64,000 bases of DNA. Source: a virus (lineage: Duplodnaviria > Heunggongvirae > Uroviricota > Caudoviricetes). Made by a program: the position numbers and the translations under genes. Within the stretch, counting starts at the first letter, position 1; every line of letters begins with the position of its first letter. The notes beneath the pieces are model-generated. The model was not told where the DNA came from, did not search any database, and was given only the letters and a program-made list of their open reading frames with translations. The stretch is taken from IMG/VR virus record IMGVR_UViG_3300031555_002904. One strand, 5' to 3'. Of this stretch, positions 22,968 through 32,779 are shown in pieces.

Positions 22968-23431
22968 GCGAGGGGAAACCCTCGCTTTTCCCATTAAGAT
23001 TTGGCGGCCCGCGGACGTATGTGCGCGGGCAGAAATTCCATTATAACAGACCCCCAGCAATTTGTCAAGAGGAAATTTTGCACAAATAATCATTCTGTAA
23101 AATCCCGTTATTTGTGCAAATTACTACTTGCAATTTGCGGTGCGATGTGGTACAATTAAGGAGCAATGAGGGTGAGCAACAACGCAGGACAGAGCGAGCC
23201 GAGCGAAAAAAAAGTTGAAAAACCTCTTGACAAATGCCCCAAGATGTGATACAATGTAAGAGCAATGAGGGGAACACCCCAAGCCAAGCGGTTGAAAAAA
23301 AGTTGAAAAAACTTCAAAAAACCTCTTGACAAACCGCACTGAATGTGCTATAATAAGAACACAAAGAGGGAAACCTCTTGTGAATATTACCGACAGGTTC
23401 AAGTCGTAAAAACCGAAAGGAAGTCGATACT

Positions 23432-23806
23432 ATGGCTACTAACACTACCTCTACCCCCAAGCTGACCAAGGCACAGAAGTTTGCTATGCTCCGTGCCATC
23501 CCTGCCGTTGCGGAGAACGCAATGCTGGTCGAGTTTATCGACCACGAGGTCGAGTTGCTGACCAAGAAGAACTCCGCTGACAAGAAGCCCACCGCACAGC
23601 AGGTGCAGAACGCAGGTATCGCCACCGCCATCGTCGAGGGTATGGAACCCAACCGTCTGTACACCGTTACCGAGGTCATCAAGTCCATCCCTGCGTGTGC
23701 TGACCTGACCAATCAGAGGGTGTCCGCCCTGCTCCGCCAGTTGGTCGAGGCTGGCAAGGTCAAGCGTACCGAGGACAAGAGAAAGGCATACTTCTCCCTT
23801 GTCTAA
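23432..23806 (+). CDS. Winged-helix DNA-binding protein (paralog of 19612)
   Basis: High identity to the 19612 protein. Confidence 0.8.
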   Translation: MATNTTSTPKLTKAQKFAMLRAIPAVAENAMLVEFIDHEVELLTKKNSADKKPTAQQVQNAGIATAIVEGMEPNRLYTVTEVIKSIPACADLTNQRVSALLRQLVEAGKVKRTEDKRKAYFSLV

Positions 23807-23904
23807 CCCTGCCGAGGGTCGAGGGGGCAATCGCCCCCTCAAAACTCCCTCTTGACAACCTGCCCCAAGTGTGCTGTACTATGTAATGAAAGGGGGCAAC
23901 CACT

Positions 23905-24273
23905 ATGGAAACGCAAGTTGACCGCATTATGAAAAATCTGCGTTGTAGCCGAGAGGAAGCCGAAGCCGTACTTGCCGAGGACAAGAAGATAGACCGAGGG
24001 GAAAAGGTCGATTTTGACTTGACCGACGAGCAACACAAGCAGGCTATGAAGAACGCCAACGCAGGCACACGCACCGCCAAAGAGGGCAAAACCGCACGAA
24101 AAGCACCAGAAAACCCCACAAAAGAGGGTGTAATTGCTAAAATTGCGGAGTTTTTGACCGAAAATGGCTACAATTCCGTCGAAATCACCAACAAAACACG
24201 GCAAATCGCCTTCAAAATTGGTGAAGATGCCTACGAATTGACGCTAATCGCTAAACGCAAGCCGAAAAGTTGA
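23905..24273 (+). CDS. Hypothetical protein (paralog of 20096)
   Basis: Shared motifs. Confidence 0.75.
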   Translation: METQVDRIMKNLRCSREEAEAVLAEDKKIDRGEKVDFDLTDEQHKQAMKNANAGTRTAKEGKTARKAPENPTKEGVIAKIAEFLTENGYNSVEITNKTRQIAFKIGEDAYELTLIAKRKPKS

Positions 24274-24474
24274 GAAAAACCGCCTAAAATGGGCGGTTTT
24301 TCGCGTTTTTGTGTAATTTTTTGTGCGGTTTACATAATTTTCGGCCGCCCGCAGACAAATGTCGCGGGCGTTATTTAGCATTTTGCACAACCCAGGCATT
24401 TTTTCAAATCGAATTTTTGTGCACTATTACCACTTGCATTGTCCCGCAATTATGGTATAATACTATTGTCCGAT

Positions 24475-24571
24475 GGGGATGGGCTGGCTAGGAAAGTCAG
24501 AGGATGCTTTGGTCTAAGCCTTCATCCTGCCGAGGGTGTGCAAGGGGGTTCGATTCCCCCCATCTCCACCA
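24475..24571 (+). ncRNA. Mini tmRNA-like / tRNA-Ala-like RNA (97 nt)
   Basis: GGGGATG/CATCTCC-ACCA acceptor with G3:U70, T arm GGGGG-TTCGATT-CCCCC, own promoter, no D/anticodon arms or tag ORF. Confidence 0.7.
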
Positions 24572-24640
24572 AAAAAAGTGCTTGACAAATGGCACAAAGT
24601 ATGCTATAATAAGTTCATCAAATGAAGGAGATTGATACCC

Positions 24641-25246
24641 ATGAGAAACATTAAACTTTTCGAGCGTGAGTTGGCGCTCATCGTAAATGAAGACCTGCGC
24701 ATGGCTACCAAGTCTTATCTGGAAGAAGCCACACCTGACTACTTTTGGACGGACGGCGCATCCAGTTCCGGCAAGTATCATCCGAAGTTCGCCCACGGCA
24801 TCGGCGGTACTATTCGCCACACCAAGGCAGTTGTGATGTTTGCAGAAGAGTTGCTCCGCATGAGTTCCTATGCGTACATGAGAGCAGAGTACAAGGATTA
24901 TGTCATTGTCGCCTGCCTTATCCACGACACGAACAAGTACGGCATCAAGGACTTTGACAAGTCCCAGTACGCAGACCATGCACGAAACGCCGCCGAGAGT
25001 TTCACCCATTGGTGCGAGGAACAGTACGGATTTACTCCCCATTTCTTGCTGACAAATGCGGTTGCAAGCCACATGGGGCAGTGGTCTACCGACAGAGAGG
25101 ACAGACCTTTTACTTCCGTAGACAGATGTGTTCACATGGCGGACTACATGGCAAGCCGTTCTTTCATCGACATTCCTGCAATCAGCGAGGAATACAGCAC
25201 GATTGCGTGCGAATGGGCGGCTCAAAACCACGAACTGCCTTTCTAA
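24641..25246 (+). CDS. HD-domain phosphohydrolase
   Basis: ASSSGKYHP, RHTK, LIHD, HMG, HMADY. Confidence 0.85.
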   Translation: MRNIKLFERELALIVNEDLRMATKSYLEEATPDYFWTDGASSSGKYHPKFAHGIGGTIRHTKAVVMFAEELLRMSSYAYMRAEYKDYVIVACLIHDTNKYGIKDFDKSQYADHARNAAESFTHWCEEQYGFTPHFLLTNAVASHMGQWSTDREDRPFTSVDRCVHMADYMASRSFIDIPAISEEYSTIACEWAAQNHELPF

Positions 25247-25436
25247 AAAAAACGAAAAAGGGGGTTGACAAAACCCCCAAGGTATGCTATAATACATTCA
25301 GAAAGTGAGGTGCAGATTATGAACTGCTTGAAGTGCCCTAACTACTGGAAAACCGACATTGACGAAACCAAGTGCGACCAGTGCGGAACGCAAGAACAGC
25401 CGACCGCAGACCCTAAGGAAAGCGAGGACAAGAACA

Positions 25437-25607
25437 ATGGCTAAAAAGCATCTCGGCTGTGCCGATAGCAACTGTGGCTACTACTGGCAAGATGAAGGGG
25501 AAGACCACCCTTCCTGCCACTACCCCAGCGATAGCCCTTTCCCCGCCCCCTGTGAAGAAGATGACTGGGATGCCGAACCTGCAGAGGAGGACGAGGACTA
25601 TGAGTAG
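25437..25607 (+). CDS. Small Cys-rich acidic protein
   Basis: GAGG RBS; coupled to the next ORF. Confidence 0.55.
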   Translation: MAKKHLGCADSNCGYYWQDEGEDHPSCHYPSDSPFPAPCEEDDWDAEPAEEDEDYE

Positions 25608-25770
25608 ATGTTGGCGTTGCTCCCATGTGGGACAGGAAACCACGGACGATGTGGCCTGTTGCAATCTGTGTGAAGAGGGTGACGAGTGTTGGGACTTCTT
25701 CGACCCCGTCGAAGACCCTTACAACGAGGATGACCCCTATGTAGTAACAAACCCCATGGCTCATTATTGA
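25600..25770 (+). CDS. Small Cys-rich acidic protein
   Basis: CWRC/CCNLC; terminator downstream. Confidence 0.55.
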   Translation: MSRCWRCSHVGQETTDDVACCNLCEEGDECWDFFDPVEDPYNEDDPYVVTNPMAHY

Positions 25771-26266
25771 GTCATGGGGTCATTTTTTGGCGGGCCGTAC
25801 ACTAGCGCTTCCGGCCCGAATTTCGATTTGTCAAGTGATTTCAAGTATTTTTTCACAAAATGCGGCCGGGGCGAACATCCGTTCGGATTCCCGAAACTCG
25901 ACGGGCCGAGGACGCCAGTACTGGCCCGATTTTCCGATCGGTACACCCCATATGCAAATTTTCTGCTACTTCTAGCGACCTCTATATGGCCTCAATTTTT
26001 CCCGAAAACCAAGTCCCCGCAGGGCCGATCGGGAATCCGCATATGGCCGATCTATTTGTATAAAGCCGATCGGCTTATTATTATTCTCTTCCATTATAAT
26101 TATAACATATTTTTTTATAAAAATCAACCCGATCGGGAAATTTAGTTTTTTTTAATATTATACCAAAAAAATTCTTATTTGTCAAGGCCGCACCGACCGC
26201 AATTGACTTTATAAAAAAAATATGATATAATAATAATACAATAAAGAAGAAATGAGGTATATACCA

Positions 26267-26704
26267 ATGATTAGTGAAAAGGATATCCTGGCCCGTCTGC
26301 GCAACGGTGAGTCTATGGATACTATCGGGCAGTCTATTGCCGACGTGCTGAACGCCGCTCAGAGTGCCTATGATGCTGAGGTTGAGGCCACCAAGAAGGC
26401 CGAGGCCGCAAACGCTCTGGCTACCCAGAAGCGCGAGCTGGCCGAGGAGTTTATTCATCTTATGCAGAGATACGGTGACCTGGTTTGTCCCGGCAGTCGT
26501 GACATTCTGTCTGAGTACACCGATGAAGACCTGGACGAAATGATCGCCGCAATCGATCAGATGTTCAATCTACTTCAGTTTGCAATTCAGATGCGCGCCG
26601 CCTTGGAAGAGAAGCCCCAGACCAAGAGCCACATTACTCCCGCCACCCACGCTTCCAAGAGCGATGATGAAGTATTAGCCAATTTCATCAAGAGTTTGGT
26701 CTAA
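26267..26704 (+). CDS. Hypothetical protein
   Basis: Promoter, RBS, biased codons. Confidence 0.8.
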   Translation: MISEKDILARLRNGESMDTIGQSIADVLNAAQSAYDAEVEATKKAEAANALATQKRELAEEFIHLMQRYGDLVCPGSRDILSEYTDEDLDEMIAAIDQMFNLLQFAIQMRAALEEKPQTKSHITPATHASKSDDEVLANFIKSLV

Positions 26705-27017
26705 GTGAAGAAACTCTCACAAGAAGGCTATAACTAAGAGCGTAGCTACCAAGAGAAGAGCTAGCGCAATATGATTTCAATCCCGAGGACTTTCCATGGT
26801 CCCCGGGATTTTTTATGTTTGGAAACTGATAGGGTGACGATAACGATGACGGGCAAATTGATCGATGAGTCTAGGCCCCGATCGGCCACCACACTCCACT
26901 AACTTTGTACCATATAAAACAAAAAAAAGGAGAGGTTTTACCCTCTCCTTCTCAATATTAAATGTATTGCCACAATGCCAAGAGCATAACCAATGCACCA
27001 GCCAATTATGAATTCAA

Positions 27018-27482
27018 TCATCCCTTAGCTTCCAGTCCATAGTTGAATCCATCCAAGAGAGAGTCAACGGTCATCTCTCTCGCATTCTTCAATACGGCAT
27101 CTACATCAATGCCAATCTTGACATCTCCAATAGGCCCACAATCTGCGGCCGCTGCTGTTCCGTCACACTGACTTGCAGTCTTTCCGCATACTGCATGAGC
27201 CTGTTCCTTGTAATACTGCGGACTCTGGTATTCCTGCACGTAAGATCTGGGACTGCGATACTCGTCCACATTGCCGGCTTCACTTACAGTACCATATTCA
27301 AACCAGTCGCCATTCTTGTAACGTACAATCTTATTATTGTCATCATAGACAATATAATAGACTCCGCTACTCTTATTCTTCAGTCCATGCTGAGAAGAAG
27401 CGAACACCGGCACTCCGTGCCAGTTGCCGACTCTATTTCCACCTTGATCTGCACTTTTCAAATTACTATATGAAAATTTCAT
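27018..27482 (-). CDS. Hypothetical protein
   Basis: AAAGGA RBS, minus-strand promoter at 27571-27600. Confidence 0.7.
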   Translation of the reverse strand: MKFSYSNLKSADQGGNRVGNWHGVPVFASSQHGLKNKSSGVYYIVYDDNNKIVRYKNGDWFEYGTVSEAGNVDEYRSPRSYVQEYQSPQYYKEQAHAVCGKTASQCDGTAAAADCGPIGDVKIGIDVDAVLKNAREMTVDSLLDGFNYGLEAKG

Positions 27483-27588
27483 TTCAATTTTCCTTTCGTT
27501 TTTCATTTCATTTTTTCAAATGAAAAATCATTTTTTCAATTCATTTTTTCATTTCATTTTTTCCTACAATTATTATATCAAAAAATAA

Positions 27589-27789
27589 TTAAAAAATCAA
27601 ATGGGAATTTTCTTCGCCCTCTTCTTTAACTTTAGTATAGTCATAAGGTATTTCAGAAACTGGTACTATATAAATAGCAGGATCTCCACTTACCATATAT
27701 AATTTAATCTCTTCAGCATCATATGGTAAATCCTCTATACTACCTATCTTAAATTTTACATCGCCCTTAGGCGCTTTAAAATATCTCAT
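27589..27789 (-). CDS. Hypothetical protein
   Basis: AAGGAG RBS. Confidence 0.6.
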   Translation of the reverse strand: MRYFKAPKGDVKFKIGSIEDLPYDAEEIKLYMVSGDPAIYIVPVSEIPYDYTKVKEEGEENSHLIF

Positions 27790-27860
27790 AATCGCACTCC
27801 TTTATCACTTCATCGCCGGTAGGCGCAAGCGGATTGGTGCCAACGGCACCAAACGCACCT

Positions 27861-28176
27861 ATTATCATTTACATTATCATTATCATTAACATTATCATAC
27901 ATTTGTAAGTTTTGTATTATTTGTATTTTTGTAATCATTTGGTAAAATCGTTTGTAAAATCTACTTTTATTTGTAAAATGTTTGTAAAAATTTTAGAAAT
28001 TCCACGGTTTTTGGCCGTCAACAAGCGCAGATGTTTCATCTACTTTACAAACTTCACCAATTTTACCAAACTCACCATCAGTACAAACTTTTGTATTTTT
28101 TGTAACTTTTGTATCATTTGTATTTTTGTAATTATTTGGTAAATTTGTTTGTAAATTTTGTGAATCTTTTTGTAAA
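27861..28176. repeat. AT-rich TTTGTA / ATTATC short direct repeats, iteron/origin-like
   Basis: More than 12 TTTGTA copies within and downstream of the Rep-like gene 3' end. Confidence 0.6.
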
Positions 28177-28577
28177 AGTTCTGGATAAGTAGAACGGATA
28201 ACCCCCAGCCGATAGCTCACTATTTGCTGCGTCAAGCCCAGTCTCTCCGCAATTTCACGCTGGCGCATGCCTCGCAGATGCAAGTCCGCAATCTGATCCA
28301 ATTTTTGATCCAAAATTTTCTTTTGTCTCTGCGTTTCCACTTTCTAATCATACTTAACATGATCCTTCCCCGCCACAACCTTTGTAGGTTCTAACATCAA
28401 TTCAACAATCATATCATCACTGCTAATCTATCCACATAAAACCATTTCAATGGCACTAATAGCCAACTCTCCGGCTTTCTCTGGATCAACAGCATATAAT
28501 TTCTTTATCTATTCAAAAGTGCTCTAATAAATAACACCACTTTGTCTAACTTCTAAATCTTTGAAATTCTCAATCAC
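27993..28577 (-). CDS. Putative replication initiator-like HTH protein (194 aa, 4 TAG=Gln)
   Basis: GTG with GGGAGG RBS; SGVIYQSTFEQIKKL N-terminus, HTH RGMRQREIAERLGLTQQIVS, repeat-encoded tail. Confidence 0.55.
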
Positions 28578-28761
28578 TGCGGCCGACCTCCCCCATAAGC
28601 GCCTCAAAGGCAGCTGTAAAGCGCGGAGTAGCCTCGTATACCCAACAATTTAGGTGCGGATTTTGCGGATTTTTCATTTCCGTAATATGTACGAATCCCT
28701 ATTGCTATAGCGCAACATGGAGTCGCAATGAATAAACTATTTTAGTCTTCGTATTTAGCAT
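28570..28761 (-). CDS. Small protein, DUF5659-like (63 aa, 2 TAG=Gln)
   Basis: IVYSLRLHVALQQQGF...KNPQNPHLNCWVY; AAGGAG RBS. Confidence 0.55.
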
Positions 28762-28774
28762 TAATATTGGCTCC

Positions 28775-28912
28775 TTATCTATCAAATTTTTCGTCTAATA
28801 ACTCTTTAATTAGACGGCGAATAACCTAAGATATGGTGAGATCATTATCTTCAGCATATTCTTGTAATAACTGTTTCTCAATATCATCAATTTTTATAGT
28901 AATTGAGGTCAC
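28775..28912 (-). CDS. Ribbon-helix-helix (CopG-like) protein (45 aa, TAG=Gln)
   Basis: TSITIKIDD...YAEDNDLTISQVIRRLI; GGAGG RBS. Confidence 0.7.
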
Positions 28913-29175
28913 AGAATCACCTCCTATACTTATTATAAAAATCTAACTAATAAAATTGTCTTACCCTGTCCTACGCTGTCTTACCTTTCTTATTGTAAAT
29001 AAGCCCAACTAAATCTATCTAATTGATTTTATAAAAAAAATATGATATAATATATATGTAAGATAAAGAAAAAGAAAAAGACAAGTAACCGTCAGAATTA
29101 TCAAAATCCGTTTTTCGGAAATGTCTGACAACGTCCGACAAACCCACAAAAAAAGCCATTTGGAGGTAAAAGATT

Positions 29176-29436
29176 ATGAACGGCGTTGGCAATGATTTTC
29201 ACCCCTCAGCAATCGAAAATCACATCTATGATATAATCAACACTGAAGAGCATACCGTGTCGTCCAGTGAATACGATCGTACTATCGGTCCTGCAATTAT
29301 GGAATATCTTGAGGACTGTTCCGTACAGTTCAATATGATCGAAGATCCTTATCCCGATATGACGGGTGCATCCCTTTCCATTTGCTGGATTGAGACCGGC
29401 TACCTCCATCACATTGTACTCAATCTCAAGTACTAA
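29176..29436 (+). CDS. Hypothetical protein
   Basis: GGAGG RBS. Confidence 0.7.
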   Translation: MNGVGNDFHPSAIENHIYDIINTEEHTVSSSEYDRTIGPAIMEYLEDCSVQFNMIEDPYPDMTGASLSICWIETGYLHHIVLNLKY

Positions 29437-29448
29437 GGAGACCAACCC

Positions 29449-29733
29449 ATGAACTATATTCGTATCAATCACGATTTTATCAACCTGCGGCAGGCCTTGC
29501 ATATACGCGTCCTACAACCCAGTAACTCTGAGATCGCTATCCAGGTCATTTACCCGGATCGAGTAGAAACTATTCGCCTCGATACCCATGCCAGTGAGAT
29601 TTCTGAGCTTCCTGTTCTCACCCGAGAGGCCATCTCCGCAAGCATCCAAGATGCTATCGCCAGTTGCGCTGATGCGGACTGCGAGAATGTTGCATCATAT
29701 GTGGAGGACAATCTCGATGACGAAGATTACTAA
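29449..29733 (+). CDS. Hypothetical protein
   Basis: RBS, operon context. Confidence 0.7.
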   Translation: MNYIRINHDFINLRQALHIRVLQPSNSEIAIQVIYPDRVETIRLDTHASEISELPVLTREAISASIQDAIASCADADCENVASYVEDNLDDEDY

Positions 29734-30184
29734 TAAGCACGAAGTTGTCCTCAACTTCATCGAACAGTTCCGCGCATTCGGCGACGCAGTCAAAGATTGT
29801 TTCAGCAACGGTATGTGCTGGCATTTCACAATGGTTCTGCGCGGACGCTTCGGCATGGAAAACCAGGTCATGTACGATCCAGTAGTCAACCATTTCGCCA
29901 CGAAGATCGGCGATCATATCTATGACATTACTGGCGACATTACTGATAATCCTGCTTACAAGTTTGAATACTGGGCCTCGTATTGGCTGAACGACCTCAA
30001 GGAAACCGCACGCATTCGCAGAGATTGTATATGGAAAATTCCCCACGATTTGTTGACCTGTGGGATTTGTCCCTATGGCTACGAAGATGATTTTGGCAAT
30101 TTAATCTGCGACATAGATAACTCTCCCGTCGACTGGGACGACCCCTGCAAGTGCGGCTACCACCCCGTGGAGGTGGCACAGTGA
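29717..30184 (+). CDS. Hypothetical protein
   Basis: FSNGMCWHF...HF...IYDITG; operon context. Confidence 0.7.
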   Translation: MTKITNKHEVVLNFIEQFRAFGDAVKDCFSNGMCWHFTMVLRGRFGMENQVMYDPVVNHFATKIGDHIYDITGDITDNPAYKFEYWASYWLNDLKETARIRRDCIWKIPHDLLTCGICPYGYEDDFGNLICDIDNSPVDWDDPCKCGYHPVEVAQ

Positions 30185-30393
30185 TGTTTGTAAGAGTTAA
30201 CGGTCGATGGATTATCAATTTATCTAAGGTCAAATATCTTGGCCTATCCAATGAAAATCAAAGTAAGATCGAAGTCAAATATGAAGATGGCGAGTCAGTC
30301 ACATTCTCCTGCGACAGCGAAGAAACTGCACTGCGTAACATTCAACATATTCTTGATTTGTTCGATCCCGATGATGGAGGTGCAATCAAATAA
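30184..30393 (+). CDS. Hypothetical protein
   Basis: Translational coupling. Confidence 0.65.
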   Translation: MFVRVNGRWIINLSKVKYLGLSNENQSKIEVKYEDGESVTFSCDSEETALRNIQHILDLFDPDDGGAIK

Positions 30394-30629
30394 TGGACGG
30401 AACTTATATCTGTTTATATTCCGTTATCTATCACGATGATAGCGGAGAGAATAAAGAGGACTTCGGTATGATTTTTGCCGACTCCTTTGCCAGCGCAGCT
30501 GAGTACCTGGAAAAGGTTCTCTATGGCGAGGATCTGGTTGAAATTACTCATATGGAATTGCTCGACACCTGCCCCATCTTCACCAAGGAAACTTGGGAAA
30601 TTATGAAGAAGGAGCTGAATAATAACTAA
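30393..30629 (+). CDS. Hypothetical protein
   Basis: TAATG coupling. Confidence 0.7.
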   Translation: MDGTYICLYSVIYHDDSGENKEDFGMIFADSFASAAEYLEKVLYGEDLVEITHMELLDTCPIFTKETWEIMKKELNNN

Positions 30630-30973
30630 TGGGCGTAGATATCACTGCTCGTATTGGTATCGGATGGATAGTCACAGCCGAGCAGAGAGAAGAAATGATT
30701 GAGGCCGCCCTAGCCAATGCTTCAGAAGATGTATATGTGGAAGACGAATTCCATTTTATCAATGGCTATACCGATGATTCCGACTATTTCCTCGGCGAAT
30801 GGCTGAGTTCAGTCGATGCTGGCGAGTGGGAGGATTTGGAAGGCTTTTCTGATAACTTCGATGATGAAGATTTTATGCGAAAATATACAGAAATTCTTCG
30901 TGTTTGCGGCCAGGCCCTCAATCTCGATGACTGGGGACCACCTAAACTATATCTGATAAATCAACTATGGTGA
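30629..30973 (+). CDS. Hypothetical acidic protein
   Basis: TAATG coupling. Confidence 0.7.
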   Translation: MGVDITARIGIGWIVTAEQREEMIEAALANASEDVYVEDEFHFINGYTDDSDYFLGEWLSSVDAGEWEDLEGFSDNFDDEDFMRKYTEILRVCGQALNLDDWGPPKLYLINQLW

Positions 30974-30982
30974 GGTAAGCAT

Positions 30983-31459
30983 ATGGAACATAAATGCGGC
31001 CAGTGCGCCCTAAAGGCGCTAAAAGGTGGGATGTGCCCGATCTTCAATGCTGATATGAGTGAGAAAGACGGTTGTCCCTACTTCACCACTGAACTGCGGA
31101 CCTGCCATATCTGCGGGTCTGTGATACTCGGCGCAGGGGTTCTTGAAGCCGATGGAGATATCTGGCATGAAATGTGTCAGAAATGCGCTGCTGCATCACC
31201 CTGCAATGTATGTCAGCGCAAAGAGTGCAGATTCAATAACGATCAATCCTGCACCGAGCCGCCTTACGTAATGGTTCAACAAAGGCAAGGTAATGCAATT
31301 ATTCAAACGCAAGCACTGAACCCCAAGCGCGTTGAAGCCACCTGCGCGCAAGGTTGTCCCTGTTACAATCCAGAGGGTCTGGAAGATGGATTCTTCTGTT
31401 TGAGTACAGTGGGATGTGGCTGTAAAAACTATAAAACAAATTGGAGGAACACGAAATGA
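30983..31459 (+). CDS. Cys-rich hypothetical protein
   Basis: Multiple CxxC. Confidence 0.7.
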   Translation: MEHKCGQCALKALKGGMCPIFNADMSEKDGCPYFTTELRTCHICGSVILGAGVLEADGDIWHEMCQKCAAASPCNVCQRKECRFNNDQSCTEPPYVMVQQRQGNAIIQTQALNPKRVEATCAQGCPCYNPEGLEDGFFCLSTVGCGCKNYKTNWRNTK

Positions 31460-31869
31460 TTTTGATTACTGTACTTTTGATCGCACTCATTCTGACCGCC
31501 GCAGCCATCATCGTCCCCGCACTGTTCCATTACAGATCTAAGTGGCTGCACTGTGCTGTATGCGTTGGCTTGGCTATCTGCATTGTCTTCGGTGCGAGCT
31601 GCGTATGCGTTGGTAATGGTGCTCGTAATGACGCCGCTTGGCTGAAGAATGAGTCTGCTGACATCCAACTTTATTACAATACCATCGTATATTCTGATAA
31701 CGAATATGTGCGCTATGACTTCTACGACAGGGTAAAAGAATACAACCATTTCTATGCAGCCTACCAGGAAGCCATTGAGAATCCTTGGACCAGTTGGCTG
31801 TATGATGAAACTGTATTGACTGAGTGCGCGCCCATCGACTTCACGCTGCATACCGGCACATATGGCTAA
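31456..31869 (+). CDS. Membrane protein
   Basis: Two N-terminal TMs. Confidence 0.7.
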   Translation: MILITVLLIALILTAAAIIVPALFHYRSKWLHCAVCVGLAICIVFGASCVCVGNGARNDAAWLKNESADIQLYYNTIVYSDNEYVRYDFYDRVKEYNHFYAAYQEAIENPWTSWLYDETVLTECAPIDFTLHTGTYG

Positions 31870-32021
31870 GGTAACAGCACCCTGTCAATATTGCGGCAGC
31901 TGCTCCATATGGCTGGCCGCATTTGAAGAGGGCTCTGGCCTCGACACAATGGAGCAGGTTGTCGAGGCCTGCAAGAAATATATGAATTGCCCTTATGTGG
32001 GCACAGAAATGGAGATTCCCG

Positions 32022-32414
32022 ATGCTGAAGAGACTGTATAAAATCTACGCAGGTTTGAATGGCTCCTTCGGTGGCGCCATCTTCCAAGGCGTATATGAAT
32101 TCGCCAGCCAAAAGGAAGCAGATAAATTTGCGTATGATTTGGCGGTCGAGGAGTATGAGTCCTATGGTGGCAATCATGGATTGCTGGATTGGGATGGTGT
32201 TTATGAGGACCTGTTGGAATCTGAGTGGATTGAGCCTGGCGCTCAAAGTGAAGCTGAAATCGAGGGCATTGTTGATGATGCCTATATCGAACAAATGGAA
32301 GGTTGGCTAGAATACAAAGCAGTACCTATACCATTTGGGCGAATGTGCGACTCAGATTGTGATGAAGACGATGCTTATGATGACGATGACGCTGACTGTT
32401 ATACCGATGACTAA
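32022..32414 (+). CDS. Hypothetical acidic protein
   Basis: GGAG RBS. Confidence 0.7.
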   Translation: MLKRLYKIYAGLNGSFGGAIFQGVYEFASQKEADKFAYDLAVEEYESYGGNHGLLDWDGVYEDLLESEWIEPGAQSEAEIEGIVDDAYIEQMEGWLEYKAVPIPFGRMCDSDCDEDDAYDDDDADCYTDD

Positions 32415-32575
32415 ACATTGAATCACTCCTTTCTACATATATTATAACAAAATAAATCAGAAAAATCAAGTCATCGCGGCGACTGATCGACCGAGCCTCC
32501 TAGTCCCTAGGAGGCTTCTTTGATTTTTATAAAAAAATATGATATAATATATATAGAAAGTGAGAGAGAAAGGAA

Positions 32576-32779
32576 ATGAGAAATATGGATAAAGTCGAGA
32601 TTATGCGTAAAGCCTTTCTCAAGACATGTAAATACCTGCGAGAACATCCACCTGCTGATGCTGGCTGGGATGGAGATATGGATATTATTGCTCTGTTAGT
32701 TGATGCCAAGAGCGATCCCGATGGAAAGCGCTGGATGAGCTACTTTTTAAGAGAAGCTATGAAAGAGGAGGAAGAATAA
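32576..32779 (+). CDS. Hypothetical protein
   Basis: Promoter and RBS. Confidence 0.65.
   Translation: MRNMDKVEIMRKAFLKTCKYLREHPPADAGWDGDMDIIALLVDAKSDPDGKRWMSYFLREAMKEEEE

Larger units (their letters stand above)
10776..25293 (+). promoter_or_regulatory. Array of roughly 30 near-consensus sigmaA promoters (cTTGACAaa-N17-TGtgcTATAAT)
   Basis: Examples near 10776, 11249, 11452, 11920, 12205, 12777, 13028, 13511, 14401, 14518, 14818, 15501, 15978, 16596, 18229, 19152, 19270, 19528, 20728, 21011, 21542, 22702, 23326, 24582, 25265. Confidence 0.85.

Noticed and set aside
10585-25946. Minus-strand ORFs across the early block
   Set aside because: Shadows of plus-strand genes that have promoters and RBSs
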